Positions 14,081 through 27,515 of a stretch of DNA of 64,000 nucleotides are shown in pieces. The first letter of the stretch is position 1. Every line of letters begins with the position of its first letter. The stretch comes from Eledone cirrhosa (lineage: Eukaryota), in the NCBI GenBank assembly GCA_964016885.1, contig OZ024749.1:4836001-4900000 (forward strand). Direction: 5' to 3'. Below the pieces are notes generated by a model, which saw nothing but the letters and a program-made list of their open reading frames with translations, made no database searches and was not told where the DNA came from. A program made the translations under genes and the position numbers.

Positions 14081-14955
14081 AGTCAAATCAAAATACAGGA
14101 TAAAGTATGTTAGCATGGCGTTCAAATGTAAACATTGAATTAACGGAAAAATAAATATTTCCAGTAGCTTTCTGCATCCAGCATAATCTATACCAATTTA
14201 ATTTTGCGTCCAACATTCTCTGATTTGCCGATAAGAATTCAATGTTTGTTTGTATTCATTGTTCAATATAGGCGTGGCTGGTATAGATATATGCTTAAGA
14301 AATTCGATTCCGATTACCGGCATTTTAGATTACCTGTACACGGGACCTTTTCAAATATATCCTAAGGTATTTTAATGCGAGAAGACATGGCTTTTCCATA
14401 TATTGGTTGTTTGTATTCAGGAGTTTTCGAAATATACTTTTAGCTGTTTATGCTTGGAAGAGGAGCATTCTCAAATCCATGTGTATCATGTTTTCCAACT
14501 CTTTATAGCTCCATCTATTGGATCACAATGGACTTACATTGGGCGTGGTAAAATATCGCTAACGCCATTCGTAGTTCAAACAGGCACGCACGCACACACA
14601 CCACACACCACACACACACACACACACTCACACACTCGAACACGAAAACAATATGTTAGAATTTCATCAAATTCTATTTATCACGTAATCTTGTGATAAG
14701 CATTTTCAATGCATCTGCTTTGCAATGATGATCCCACAATCTCATTACCGATCATATTAATTATAGATCCCTCAGAGATGTGATTATCCATCCAATATAA
14801 CTGCTGGTGAGCCTAAGTGATATTCCTTCACCGCTCAGGCAGCATACGCCCCGTGATCAGTCCTACTTAGGGATGTTTTTATTTTACCCTGCATAAAATC
14901 AAACCACGGATATATCGACACAGAATTATCATACCATACCATGATATATATATAT

Positions 14956-15148
14956 AGGGTGGTGGGTTGGCAGTATCGGTAGAGGGTCGGACGCCATGCT
15001 TTCTAGCATAGTTACGTCCCTTTACGATCTGAGTTCAAATTCCGCCGATGTTGACTTTGCTTTTCATCCTTACGGAGTCGGTCGATAAAATAAATACCAG
15101 TAATGCACTGGGTAATTGCTGGCCTTGTGCCTAAAGTAGAAACAATTA
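14956..15148 (+). mobile_element. SINE family A (full length)
   Basis: Head gggtggtgggttggcagtatcggtagag, B-box gagttcaaattcc, tail ccttgtgcctaaagtagaaacaatta. TA-flanked. Confidence 0.88.
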
Positions 15149-15320
15149 TATATATATATATATATATGGGATACAAAGTTATCGTTATAGGTAATCCAGT
15201 TAGAGTACTCCGCGTCGTGGATAATTTTAAAGTACGGCTTTGTTTGCATCAAAAAGATGTTTCCATAGTTATGCATTAATTCCGCGGTAATTTCTATGCA
15301 GGTTATACTTGGAGTAATAA

Positions 15321-15658
15321 TAGTTAAAGAAGGAAGAGTAACATGGTTGGCTGTACAATAAGGGCTTTATTTAAAGTCCTGACAGTTGTTTCGTTGAGCA
15401 GGTGTGTCTAGAGTTCGCTAATCGCTTGAGGTTGCGTCAATCGATCTCCAATACATTGTTTACAACTGGTCAACACATCAGAGCACGTGGATATATACGT
15501 GCACTGATGTGTTGACCAGAAGTAAATAAGGTATTGGAGATCGAATGACGCAACCTCAAGCGATTAGCGAACTCTAGACTCACCTGATCAACGAAACAAT
15601 CGTCAGTACTTTACATAAAACCCTTATTGTACAGCCGACCATGTTATTCTTCCTTCTT

Positions 15659-15666
<8 letters not shown>
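15321..15666. mobile_element. About 345-bp palindromic element with a hammerhead-like motif in each arm
   Basis: tagttaaagaaggaagagtaacatgg.. mirrored by ..ccatgttattcttccttctttaacta, centre about 15490. Right arm: gtgca-CTGATGT-gttga...tcaac-GAAA-caatc-GTC-agtac. Confidence 0.8.
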
Positions 15667-15715
<49 letters not shown>

Positions 15716-15846
15716 GAATATAAAAGAAAGATAAACAGAGATATAAACATACATGTGTTCAAATTGTAAGGGGTCAGAAAAGCCTCTTTCTTTGAACTAT
15801 TTAATTGTAAGACGCTATTTTGAGTTTCTAACTCAATATATAGCTT

Positions 15847-15889
<43 letters not shown>

Positions 15890-17500
15890 CTGTGGACCGT
15901 TCGAGCGTCACAGATCACAGATGACCAGGTAACCAACTCTTTCCTTTCTTCTTGCCTCTACACCCACCTCATGGTTACATACGGCTTCATGTCTTCCTAC
16001 TCGTTTTTCCTCTGCCTCTCTTCCTCCCTCAGTGTACTGGTACCTGCAGGACAGTGTTGGCAAGCCCTGAAGATCTTGTCACCTGTCCGTACCATCTCAA
16101 TTTGCGTTTAATTACAATGACCAGTAGGTTTTCGTGGGGCCCGATGGTTTGGCAAATTGTGGTTCGCACCTCCTCATTGGAGATGCGGTCTCTCTAAGTG
16201 ATGCCAAGAAGGTTTCTGAAGCATTCCAACTCCATAACATGTATCTTCTTTCCAGATCTGTTGTTATTGTCCAAGACTCACAGGCATATAAGATTATGGA
16301 CATGGCCAGAGATCACTAAGTAAGGGCGAATGATGATCATGCAGGACAAGGACGGAAAAATCCAGACTGAAGAACGGGACACCCTAAACAGTTGGACTGA
16401 GGACTGCTCAGATCTGTACCACAACAGACCCAAGGAGATCCAGAAGTATTGAAAGTCCCTACAGCAAACAACAACGACAACTACCCCATCCTTCGTGAGG
16501 AAGTGGAAACAGATGTGACGTCGCTCAAGTAGCGGGAGTCTGCAGAAGTGGACAACATGCCAGCGGAGCCGGTGCAGAGAGGAGAAGAGGCCATGATAAG
16601 TGCCCTAATTACTATCTGCATCAAGATCTGACAGACAGGGGAATAGCCAACAACACGGACCCAGTCACTCATCATCATGCTCCCCCCAAAAGGCAATCTA
16701 CAGCTATGTAAAAATTAATGTACTATCAGCCTTATCACCCACACAACCAAATTCATGTTGAAGATCTTGCTAATGCTATTGAAGCCTCAAGCTGAAAAAT
16801 TATTACTGAAGAGCAATGCGAAGTAAAGTAGAGCAGATCCTACCTTAGTATAATATGCGAAGGGTACCTCCAACATCAGAAGGATCTCATATGGACTCCA
16901 TGAAGGCGTTCGACGGGGTTTGGCATGCACCATTGGGGGCCAAAATGAGTTTGTACAACATCAATATAAACTTGACCGGAGTGATATGAAGCCTATATGA
17001 CGAAGTCAACAGCGCAGGATAATTAAAAGCAGTGTTGCGGACTTGTTCAAAACCACAGTCGAAGACAAGGCAGTTTACTCTCTCCAGTTCTCTTCAACAT
17101 CCTCTTAGGGAAGGTTATGACAGATGCAATGGAAGCCAATGAAGGGACATTTAGCATTAGCGTCAGGACTATTATGAACTCGCATTTTGCCCAAGACACA
17201 GATGGTCTATCAGGGAAGGAAGAAGATTTAGCCAACCTAGTGGAACATCTTGACAAAACTTCTATCGCCTATGACAAACAGATCAGTGTAGAAAAGACCA
17301 ACGTGATCACCAACGGCATCAGCACTGACACCAGGGTCAACGGCGAGAAACTAGAGTATTTCAACAGTTTCAGATATCCGGGAACAATCATTTCAGATGA
17401 AAGATCTCGGCCAGAAGTACCTCGCAAGATTTACCTAGACCACAGCAACACTTATATAGCCTAAGACTATTTGGAATGACAGAACCTAGCCCTCAGCTCA
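15890..17500. mobile_element. Decayed RTE LINE with inverted 5' portion
   Basis: 16320-17500 (+) encodes degenerate RTE ORF2 (QDKDGK..EE.., KAFDGVWH, FAQDTDGL, FRYPGTIIS). 15940-16318 (-) encodes the immediately following segment (ILYACESWT..). Confidence 0.85.
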
Positions 17501-17525
17501 ATGATCATATAGGTATGTATGTATG

Positions 17526-17591
<66 letters not shown>

Positions 17592-17668
17592 GTGTGTGTA
17601 TATATGTATATAAATATATATATATAAAAGTAAAACAAAAAAGCCTTCAATACATCAAAAGTCTTTAT

Positions 17669-17710
17669 TAGCCAACAATGTTTCATCCTATTAAGGACTC
17701 ATCAGGGCAA
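17669..17710 (-). ncRNA. Minimal type I hammerhead ribozyme motif
   Basis: Minus strand: gcc-CTGATGA-gtcct/taat/aggat-GAAA-cattg-TT-ggc. Lies in an island of about 230 bp between (TA)n tracts. Confidence 0.72.
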
Positions 17711-17961
17711 TTAAAACAACAAGAAGTATTATCGGCCTATACAAGCCGAAAATTCTTCGGCTCTGTTTAATTACATTGAACTATACATTTTACTGTCATT
17801 CCTATAATACGAAGAGGGTGTTTAACTCCAACACGCTCCAGTATTTTAATCCTTATATATATATATGTGTGTGTATATATATATATGTGTGTGTGTATAT
17901 ATATAAATATATATATATATGTGTGTGTATATATATATGTATATGTGTGTATATATATATA

Positions 17962-18004
<43 letters not shown>

Positions 18005-19238
18005 ATGTATATATATATATATATGTGTATGTATATATATATATATATATATATGGGTATGTATATATATATATATATGTATATGTATATATATATATGT
18101 GTATGTATATATATATATATATGTTTATGTATATATATATATATATGTGTATGTATATATATATATGTGTATGTATATATATATATATATATGTGTATGT
18201 ATATATATATATGTGTATGTATATATATATATGTGTATGTATATATATATATATATGTGTATGTATATATATATATATGTGTATGTATATATATATATAT
18301 ATATGTGTATGTATATATATATATATGTGTATGTATATATATATGTGTATGTATATATATATATATATGTGTATATATATATATGTGTATATATATATAT
18401 ATATGTGTATATATATATATATATGTGTATATATATATGTATATATATATATATGTGTATATATATATGTATATATATATATATGTGTATATATATATGT
18501 ATATATATATGTGTATATATACGTGGGAAAGTGAAAAATCGGAGAATAGACCGTTAAAACATGTTTATTGAAAATATCACCTACGTACGTTTCGCCCAGT
18601 TGGGCTTCTCAAGGGCATAAACAGTCACAAGTGTTCCTTATATAGTTTGGAAAGAGATTTGGGGGTTAAATCGACATCAAGATTCATTGTTCGCAAAAAT
18701 ATCTTGTTTTGATTTTTCAGCAGGTCAAGGGAGGTAACTTTGGCCGGTGTTAGGGCAGTCTTTCCCGGATAATTTTTGGTATGCAGGGATCGTTTTTTGG
18801 GTGTTATTTTGCTGCGCCTGCCCGCCGGGGTGTTAAGACTTGTTGCAGGGAGATCCAGTGTGTTATTTCACTCTCCATTCTTAACCCATCTAAAGAAGGA
18901 TATTTTTAAGCGATGTGTACAACTTATCGCTGTTTCAGCTCTGCTGTTGATGAGCTCGTGGGGTGCAGTTATGATGTGGTAGAGCTCCATGAGGCAAAGA
19001 TCGCATTTCCTCTTGAAGTTGTACGGTGCAGCCCTGTCGACAATCTCCCAGTGCGTGGAGAAGCTAATGTTTAAGTCCTTTAGTGATGTGATGTAGTCCG
19101 CGAGCGAGGTGGAGTGCCTTAGTTTTCTATTTGTGAAAGAGTGGAGATGTGTTCGAAACCTAATTTTGAACGGGCCGGAGGTGGCCCCTATCTAATGTTG
19201 GCAACGGCATCCGCAGACGCAACCAGAATGACCGCGAA

Positions 19239-19832
19239 GTGACTGGGGAACATGCAAAACATGGCGTGCGGAATGACAATCGCACCATCCCGCGTGCTGT
19301 GGGTTGTAATTCTGCTAACGACAGCTGCGGTAGCGCAGCTAACAACGTAGGCAGCAATAATGATAGCCTTATCGTGGGAAATAGACGGAACAGCGACAGA
19401 AATTGCAACTGCCGCGACAGAGGACGGTGCCCCCTTAGAGGATACTGCTTGACCGATAGGGTTATATATAGATGCACTATTACTAGCCACAATAGCGTTA
19501 AACATTATATAGGGGCCACCTCCGGCCCGTTCAAAATTAGGTTTCGAACACATCTCCACTCTTTCACAAATAGAAAACTAAGGCACTCCACCTCGCTCGC
19601 GGACTACATCACATCACTAAAGGACTTAAACATTAGCTTCTCCACGCACTAGGAGATTGTCGACAGGGCTGCACCGTACAACTTCAAGAGGAAATGCAAT
19701 CTTTGCCTCATGGAGCTCTACCACATCATAACTGCACCCCACGAGCTCATCAACAGCAGAGCTGAAACAGCGATAAGTTGTACACATCGCTTAAAAATAT
19801 CCTTCTTTAGATGGGTTAAGAATGGAGAGTGA
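19239..19832 (+). pseudogene. PLE GIY-YIG endonuclease fragment (one nonsense codon at 19650-19652)
   Basis: Homologous to the C-terminus of ORF 6523-8910. The inverted copy has TGG where this copy has TAG, and the frame continues ..CNLCLMELYHII..SCTH. Confidence 0.85.
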
Positions 19833-20080
19833 AATAACACACTGGATCTCCCTGCAACAAGTCTTAACACCCCAGCTGGCAGGCGCAGCAAAATAACACC
19901 CAAAAAACGATCCCTGCATACCAAAAATTATCCGGGAAAGACTGCCCTGACACCGGCCAAAGTTACCTCCCTTGACCTGCTGAAAAATCAAAACAAGATA
20001 TTTTTGCGAACAATGAATCTTGATGTCGATTTAACCCCCAAATCTCTTTCCAAACTATATAAGGAACACTTGTGACTGTT

Positions 20081-20125
20081 TATGCCTTTGAGAAGCCCAA
20101 CTGGGCGAAACGTACGTAGGTGATA
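20081..20125 (+). ncRNA. Variant hammerhead-like motif in PLE 3' region (mirror at 18575-18619, minus)
   Basis: tgcc-(C/T)TTGAGAA-gccc/aact/gggc-GAAA-cgtacg-TA-ggtg, about 20 nt downstream of TATATAA. The core deviates from CUGANGA. Confidence 0.55.
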
Positions 20126-20687
20126 TTTTCAATAAACATGTTTTAACGGTCTATTCTCCGATTTTTCACTTTCCCACGTGCTTACGCTCTGCTAACTCTC
20201 TAGCCCACTAAATATTAACACTTCGAATATTTAATACTGCCGGCACTAGTATCGAGCACCTTTGGCATACGCTACTTGGCAAATAACTATATGTATCACC
20301 TATCCCTCCTTTTTTTCTCTCTTTCTCGATACGTAAATACTATATGTGTATATATATATGTGTATATATATGTGTATATATATATGTGTATATATATGTG
20401 TATATATATATATATGTGTATATATATGTGTATATATATATATATATATGTGTATATATATATATGTGTGTATATATATATATGTGTGTATATATATATA
20501 TATGTGTATATATATATATGTGTATATATATATATGTGTATATAATATATATATACATGTGTATATATATATATATATATGTGTGTATATATATATATAT
20601 ATGTGTATATGTGTATATATATATATGTGTATATATATATATGTGTATGTGTGTATATATATGTGTATGTGTGTATATATATATATA

Positions 20688-20734
<47 letters not shown>

Positions 20735-20834
20735 GAAGTATTTCGGTAAATTATGCCCGTTATTTTATTTCAGCCTCCCTTTCATTTATCCTAAACTATT
20801 TTCAAATCCATATCAATTCCATAATTAAACAAAA

Positions 20835-20890
20835 AATTCTGATGAATGAAGACAGACATAAGTATCTTTCTTCAAGAAACCATTGGTAAG
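20835..20890 (+). ncRNA. Degenerate hammerhead-like motif
   Basis: CTGATGA-a-tgaaga...tcttca-a-GAAA-ccattgg-TA. Stem I is weak. Confidence 0.4.
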
Positions 20891-20920
20891 TGAATTAATT
20901 ATCGTATGTTGTTTATTACA

Positions 20921-20993
<73 letters not shown>

Positions 20994-22264
20994 TGTATGT
21001 CCCTGTCTGTGTGTATACATCTAAACTTAGATTCTGTAACTTAGTAATTTGTCAAAAAGGGATCAGGATTATGTTCCAGATTTGAAAAAATAAGTATTGC
21101 TGTCGTCACAATTCATTCCATGGATCGTCATGTTCGACTCAACCCGAAAGAATTACTGCTATATATGTTACTGATGCATAGAAACAGCCTCGCTGGTCAG
21201 CGAGTATGTTTCCTACACCCACCTTAAACCGTGGCATCTACCATTGTTACATACTGAGAGTTATCATATCACTGCTATTACTGTTTTTATTAACATTATG
21301 GAGCTCAGAGAGCCTCTAGATGGTTAATTGAACTGCTAGAAACAGCAGTGAAAAATTCTTCCAATCGAATCCTTATGTCATATTTAAAACTTGTTAAATC
21401 GAAGGATGTATTGAATGATTATATAAAAAAAAATGGATGATGGTCACGGCAGGAATATTTTGAATCGTAATCATGTGCGGCCACTTGAGCTTAAACAGCA
21501 AAGTCAACAACAGTTGCCGATTAATTAGGTGGCAGATCATTGTAATGTAATTTCTGAAATCAATCAATATCTTGCCATGAGTCGATCAGCTGATCAATAT
21601 TTATTTTTTCTTTAGTGAAATCAAATGTCATTTGAGATTTTGGTTTGCTTTTAATTCTTGACAGAATGTGGTATGAATCTCATCATTTGTTTCACTTATC
21701 ATTTTGAAATACCTCATAAATATTACAACAAATCATAGGTATTCCGGCGGCCTCGACGATGATAAGTTCGTCGTTCGATCGAATTCCGACTTTACCAGTA
21801 ATCCTAAGACAATCGGGTATATTTCCTACCCAGCGTATTCAATCCACTGTGTTTCGAGTCCAAATCTCGCCTCCTTTCACCTTCAAAGCTTTGGAAGTTC
21901 GTTCTGGCAGGGCTTACAACTGTGAAACAGTAGTAAACCATTTCAACAGTTGTTTATACGCTCGCGGGAAGTAATTCCCCTAAAATAGGGATCATATTCA
22001 TTCTCAGATACTGAGTAAAATGTGTTAATTTTGTATTCTTCTGTAAGCTGAAATAATGATTGAATATGAAAGAAGTAACACATAATTGCTGATCTTTCGC
22101 ATGATATTGTTCGATCCCTTTATCTGGTAGAAGACATTTACACAACGGGCGTTTGCGCACTTTAATGAACACCTGATACTTAAAGCAATGTCAGCTGTTA
22201 TTATATTTTATCGATCTCCGTCAGTTTCTAACGGAATATCCTGATCATACTGCGCATAGTTTTA

Positions 22265-22435
22265 CCGTATTTCCCGGCGCCGAAGACGCTTCGTCCTCGA
22301 GGACGGCCCCTCATTTTGACAACCCAAAATTTGAAAAAAGAATAATAAACAACGCTTCGCCCTGCGGGATACATGGTAGATTTTTGAGACTCATTTTAGG
22401 TAAAAAAGAAGCATCTTCGACCCCGGGAAGTACGA
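22265..22435. mobile_element. Tc1/mariner-type MITE
   Basis: Imperfect TIRs ccgtatttcccggcgccgaagacgc / gcatcttcgaccccgggaagtacga with TA on both sides. Confidence 0.7.
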
Positions 22436-24159
22436 TAACTATTAAGTATTAAGGACTCTATAGACACGTGTACTCTTAATGTAATTCTCTGTTAGATTAA
22501 GCGTGTTAGTATGTCTGATAAGGTTGGCCCATTGCATTATATGTACAGTACATTTGACGGCTTTCCAAACATTATCCATCTACACAATTTCACTGACAAG
22601 GCATGGGGTCTATTTTCCCAAGATATGACACAGTGGGATTTAACCTGAGAACTATTGATTGTGAAGCATATTTCTTAAGAGTTTGATAATACTGCATCCA
22701 AAATATCATTCAGGATATTCAAAGAATAGCACTAAAATATATTTATTTTATTCATATATTTTTTATATAAATCTTTACTCCATTCATATATGTCTGTATG
22801 GATCGCTTAGACGTATAATAATACACACCGAGTTTTTGTATATTTAATATTTCAATTTTTATAAATGTATACAAAACAGAAAATCTGAATTTAGAGTGAT
22901 TTACTAAAAAAATAATATTTACCAACTACAAGAGCTGAAGCCTTAATTCTCAGATATCAGTCCTACAGAGGAGCTAGTCAACAATATACTTTAAGTATAT
23001 TCAAGTATTTATGTTTCATCTCATTTGCTGTTGATACTGTTATTGCTGTTATTTCCATCATTTTTTTTACTGGATGTTGATATTCTCTGCGCGCTTTTGT
23101 GTGTGCGTGTGAGGTGTGTGCTTGCACGCGTCTCTGCGGGCGGGTAACTAAGTATATATGGACCATAACAGTGCCATGGTGACATAGAGCATATCTTTGG
23201 AATTTAAAAACAGGTGGGGCCCATATCCAGGTTTCATAACAGTCAATTTCTACCAGGACCAGGAGAGTGGAGGAAGAGTGATAGAAAGAACGTGAAAAAA
23301 AGATGTATTGGAAGAGCTGACACCAGTAGTGGACTGTTTCAAATTGATCATCTAAAGATTCCATATGCCTGTGTGTCAGTATCAAAATGCCGATATGTAT
23401 GTATATATAACAGTCTAATATATATATATATATATTTAATCTGTTTGTGTATGGATAGACTGAAACCTGTTTACAATATATGCAACTATATATGTACTAA
23501 TGTGTGTAAAATGTGGACAATATTTTCTATAACTTAAGATATAAAATATATCAGCAACATTTACATTATAAAGATTCACTGCTTCTGGAAGATTCTTTTT
23601 TTTTTTTTTTTATATATTTTGATTTTCATATATATTGGATACAAATTGATAGAAGTTACATTAAATATTTGTAACTTGAACATTTGTAATGGAAAGTTTC
23701 AATTGACATCTATCACACTTCGATAGAAAATAGCTTCTATCACCATGTATTATATATACTGTATGATAGAATATAGTTTCTAATAATTGTTTCTACTTTA
23801 GGCACAAGGGCGGCAATTTCGGGGAAGGGGAATGTCGATTAGATCGACCCCAGTGCGTTATTGGCTCTCTATTTTATAGCCCGTGAAAAGCAAAACTATA
23901 TTTCTATATAAACAGCATTAAGCTAAAATAAAATACTGTCACCGCTTACATCTCTGGTGACGGCGGTGTATATTTTGTGTATGTATGTATGGTCCTGTAA
24001 CTCCTGATAGTGCCGCAGGGACGCCGTATTGACATAAAGCGTCTCTTGGGCAATTTAAGTCTGGTGGAGCGCATCCCCTTCCAGGTTTGAGTACAGCATA
24101 TTTCTTCCAGGGAAAAATAGAAAGTGAGAGGGAAGAAATGAGAAGGAGATGTAGAAGAC

Positions 24160-24312
24160 GAATCGATCCCAGTACTAGACTGGTACATTTTTATCGACCT
24201 CTAAATGATGAAAGGCAAAGTTTAACCTCGGCGGTGTTCTAACTACAAGAGCCGGAACAAATAACATAATGTATTCTATCCGACGGTCTAACGACTCTGC
24301 CAATTCGCCGCT
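24160..24312 (-). mobile_element. SINE related to family A (older subfamily)
   Basis: cccagtac..ctggtac..ttatcgacc..gatgaaaggcaaagt..acctcggcgg. Confidence 0.7.
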
Positions 24313-24369
24313 TATGACACTAAATACACCAGCTTTAATATGGTAGAAAATAGCTTCTAATGATAAATA

Positions 24370-24562
24370 ATAATTGTTTCGACTTTTGGCACAAGGCCAG
24401 CAATTATCCCAGTGTATTACTGGTACTTTATTTTATCGACCCCCGTAATGAAAGGCAAAGTTAACCTCGGCGGGATTTGAACTCAAATCATAAAGGGCCG
24501 TAACTCTTTGCTGCAAAGCATGGCGTCCTACCCTCTACTGACACTGCCAATCCACTGCCCTA
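24370..24562 (-). mobile_element. SINE family A (full length)
   Basis: Same head, centre and tail as 456-640. Confidence 0.88.
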
Positions 24563-26359
24563 TAAGTAATAATAATAATAAATAGGATTGCTGAAAATGT
24601 ATACTTGACATGACTCACCTCAGAAGGAATAAAGACAAAGATGTCACCGGTGGGATTTGAACTGTGGTCATGAACGAAACACGATTAAATCGCTTCATTG
24701 CATTTCGTCTGGTCTATAGATTATGCCATCGATCACAATGTAGTCATATGATAATATTGATTTCTATAAATATCGGCACAAGGTCATACAGGCTGTGAGA
24801 AAATTAATGCCAACATCATTGGATATGAAATACAAAAGAAAACAAAAAATATAATAATATATATATATATAGAGAGAGAGAGAAAGTGTAAAATATAATG
24901 AAACATGGGGTTGAAATAGGATATCAAGAACATGTTTGACATGTCGTCTCATTCGAATGCAAATATAAAATTAGAGAAGAAAATAATAACAACTATAACA
25001 AAACAGTTAAATAAAGATCAAATGATGGCAGATCATCTTGGAAAGGAGAATTCATGGTGTTACACTGTCAAGCAAACAGACTGGAAAAATTAGATTAATT
25101 TAAAAAGAAAAATGTAAAAAATAGTTTAATGCGCAGCTTTTGTTCGTGTGAAATAGGTTGTTGTGTGTTTTTAATATTCTACTTTTTATGTTGTTTTTTT
25201 TTGTTGTGATGTTAATATATTTTTATACTTTAATTTTACCAAATTTCAAATTAAAGTAATGTTTTGTTTTGTCCGCATGTTTGTGTGTAAGTTTGTGTGT
25301 GTTAAATAAGCTATCAAAATATTTGATAAAATGGAATTAAATTAAAAATGAAATAAATAGAGAGAGGAGGCGATGAATGAGAGGTGGAAATGTACCAGAC
25401 GGAAAGGAAATAGAAAAGAAATGAATTAAGGGGAAAACAACACAGAGGGGGATAGAGAAATAGAGCGCAAGAGAGAGATCGAGACTAAATACATCAAAAA
25501 TAGTAAGGGAACTTCATAGAAGACAAGTGTAAAGAAACACATGATAAACGCCGAAGATAGTGAAAAGAGGAAGACATAATGCATGAAAGGATGTAAGCAG
25601 GAAATAGAAGGATAAATTAGGGGAGGTAACTGGATGACGTGATTGGCATTTGAAAATTCTCTGTTTTGGGGAAGATTTGCATTATATTTTCTATTTTTCT
25701 TTTTTAATTTTTCAAGATGTTAAATTAAATTTAAATGGTGCCGGAAGCGACTCTACCATTATGAATGATCAAAATCACACTTGAGTCGAGAAGACAAATA
25801 TCTGATTAATAACTCTGTAATTATTAACTATCCGAAGATTTGTAATTAAACAAATTCACATTTGACATGTTCCTTTAAAGATTATTTTTAAAAAAACAAC
25901 ACATAAACGAAAAAAATAAAAGAAAGAAAAATTTAAATCAAGAAATAATAAAAAAATAAATGATAAATATATATTTTTAAAATGGCGAGATAAAAATGGA
26001 CGCTAACCTAAGAAGACTGTTTGATTCCGATAAAATCCAATTCCTTTCAGAACTGGCAATGATTAAATTGGTAGTTTGTTGAATTATGAGGTTTTCTATG
26101 ATTAAGAGTTCCATGTACTTTACTTTGCTACCATAAAGTACCATTCCTTACCAAGTCTCTCATTAGAAAGATTATTGGTTAATATTGCAAGATAACAGCG
26201 AGAGTGACATGTGTTCGATCACATTACTAGAAATAGCAGACTTACCGTCGAATTTAAAAGATGACAGAATAGGTAATGTAGATTGGGAGAGGGAATATTT
26301 ATTTTAAAAATACTAAATGACACTGAAAATCCTTGGACGGAGTTGCTTTCACCATATGA

Positions 26360-26634
26360 CTAAGAAGCTTCGCCCACAAAACCCGGTGCCACGGCCCACC
26401 ATGCAGTAGAAAGGAAGATAAACAAATATCGGCCGCTTCCTCTTGCACCGGTCGCCGTCAAGACCTCAGGCGTATTAGGACCCCGTACGGCTGGGCTTTC
26501 CGGCAGTCCGTCTGAGGAAGGAGCCTCCGGAGGTGGGGTGTCTGCTGCAGCAGGGGTTGCTGGCCATTGTCCGCGGGAATGCTTTTGCACAGCCTCATTA
26601 CCGCCGCGCCCAATTTCTATTAAATTGTATTAAC
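26360..26634 (+). mobile_element. 3' fragment of a CRE-like non-LTR retrotransposon (restriction-like endonuclease end)
   Basis: GC-rich island. Plus-strand frames give ERKINKY.., PVAVKTSGVLGP and LAIVRGNA, typical of CRE-clade C-termini. Frameshifted. Confidence 0.65.
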
Positions 26635-27264
26635 ACCATATGACTGTAAGCCTCGAATTGACAGTCGTAAGAAAGGTGAACAAATGTCTATATTCAGAAA
26701 CGCTTCTAAACATTGTGTTTCATAATTTCGAGGTTTACATAGTACAAGACAGGCTGTTAAATAAAATCAAATGTTTCTTAATTCTTGAAGGAGTCATAGG
26801 TTTGCCATCATTTTTAATCTGGTGGAAAGAATGACCCTCCATATGGGAAAACTCCCAATTTCCTTCAGAGAAAGAATGAAAACCAACTTATATACTGGAA
26901 AATTCTTTATCAACTTTGAAAAAATGAATGGCAGGTTGAGATCGGCAGAAAAAATATCGAGGGCATTTTTAATCTGACATCCTCACGACTCTGTCAATTC
27001 ATCGTTTTAGAAACCAGGTTCCTCAGTGGGATTACGTTCGACTTTCACTCCAGAACAAACCGACCTTGCTCGCACATTGCCTGACAGAGATGACCAAGAT
27101 ATGCAGTATGTCAAGACAGTTTCCTTGTAATTCCCTTAAAAGTTTGTAAACCCGATATAAAGTAAGACATCCAAAGATAAGTGAGTTTATTTCTGTCATA
27201 TCCACAACTGCCTTGATCATTATACCATGATAGAGGAACTCGCTCTCAAAACTTTCTACAATCC

Positions 27265-27515
27265 TCACCTCACACACACCTCCATCCTTACCTCACACAC
27301 ACCTCCATCCTTACCTCACACACACCCATCCACCCCTCTCGCACGTCATCCCCCCCTCTCACATACCATCCCCATCCCTCTCACATACCTCCATCCCCAA
27401 CCCTCTCACACACCTTCATCCCCACTCCCACACACATCCATCCCCCCTCTTATACCCCCCCTCACCTACACCTCCATCCCCACCTCTTACACACACCTCC
27501 ATCCCACCTCTCAAA
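27265..27515. repeat. C-rich low-complexity minisatellite (cacctccatccc-like)
   Basis: Direct inspection. Confidence 0.75.

Larger units (their letters stand above)
18521..20345. mobile_element. 5'-truncated Naiad-type Penelope-like element with inverted duplication of its 3' end
   Basis: 18521-19191 is the near-identical reverse complement of 19509-20179. The sense part encodes GIY-YIG (CNCRDRGRCPLRGYC..VIYRC..YIGATSGPFKIRFRTHLHSF). Embedded in TA/TG microsatellite. Confidence 0.92.
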
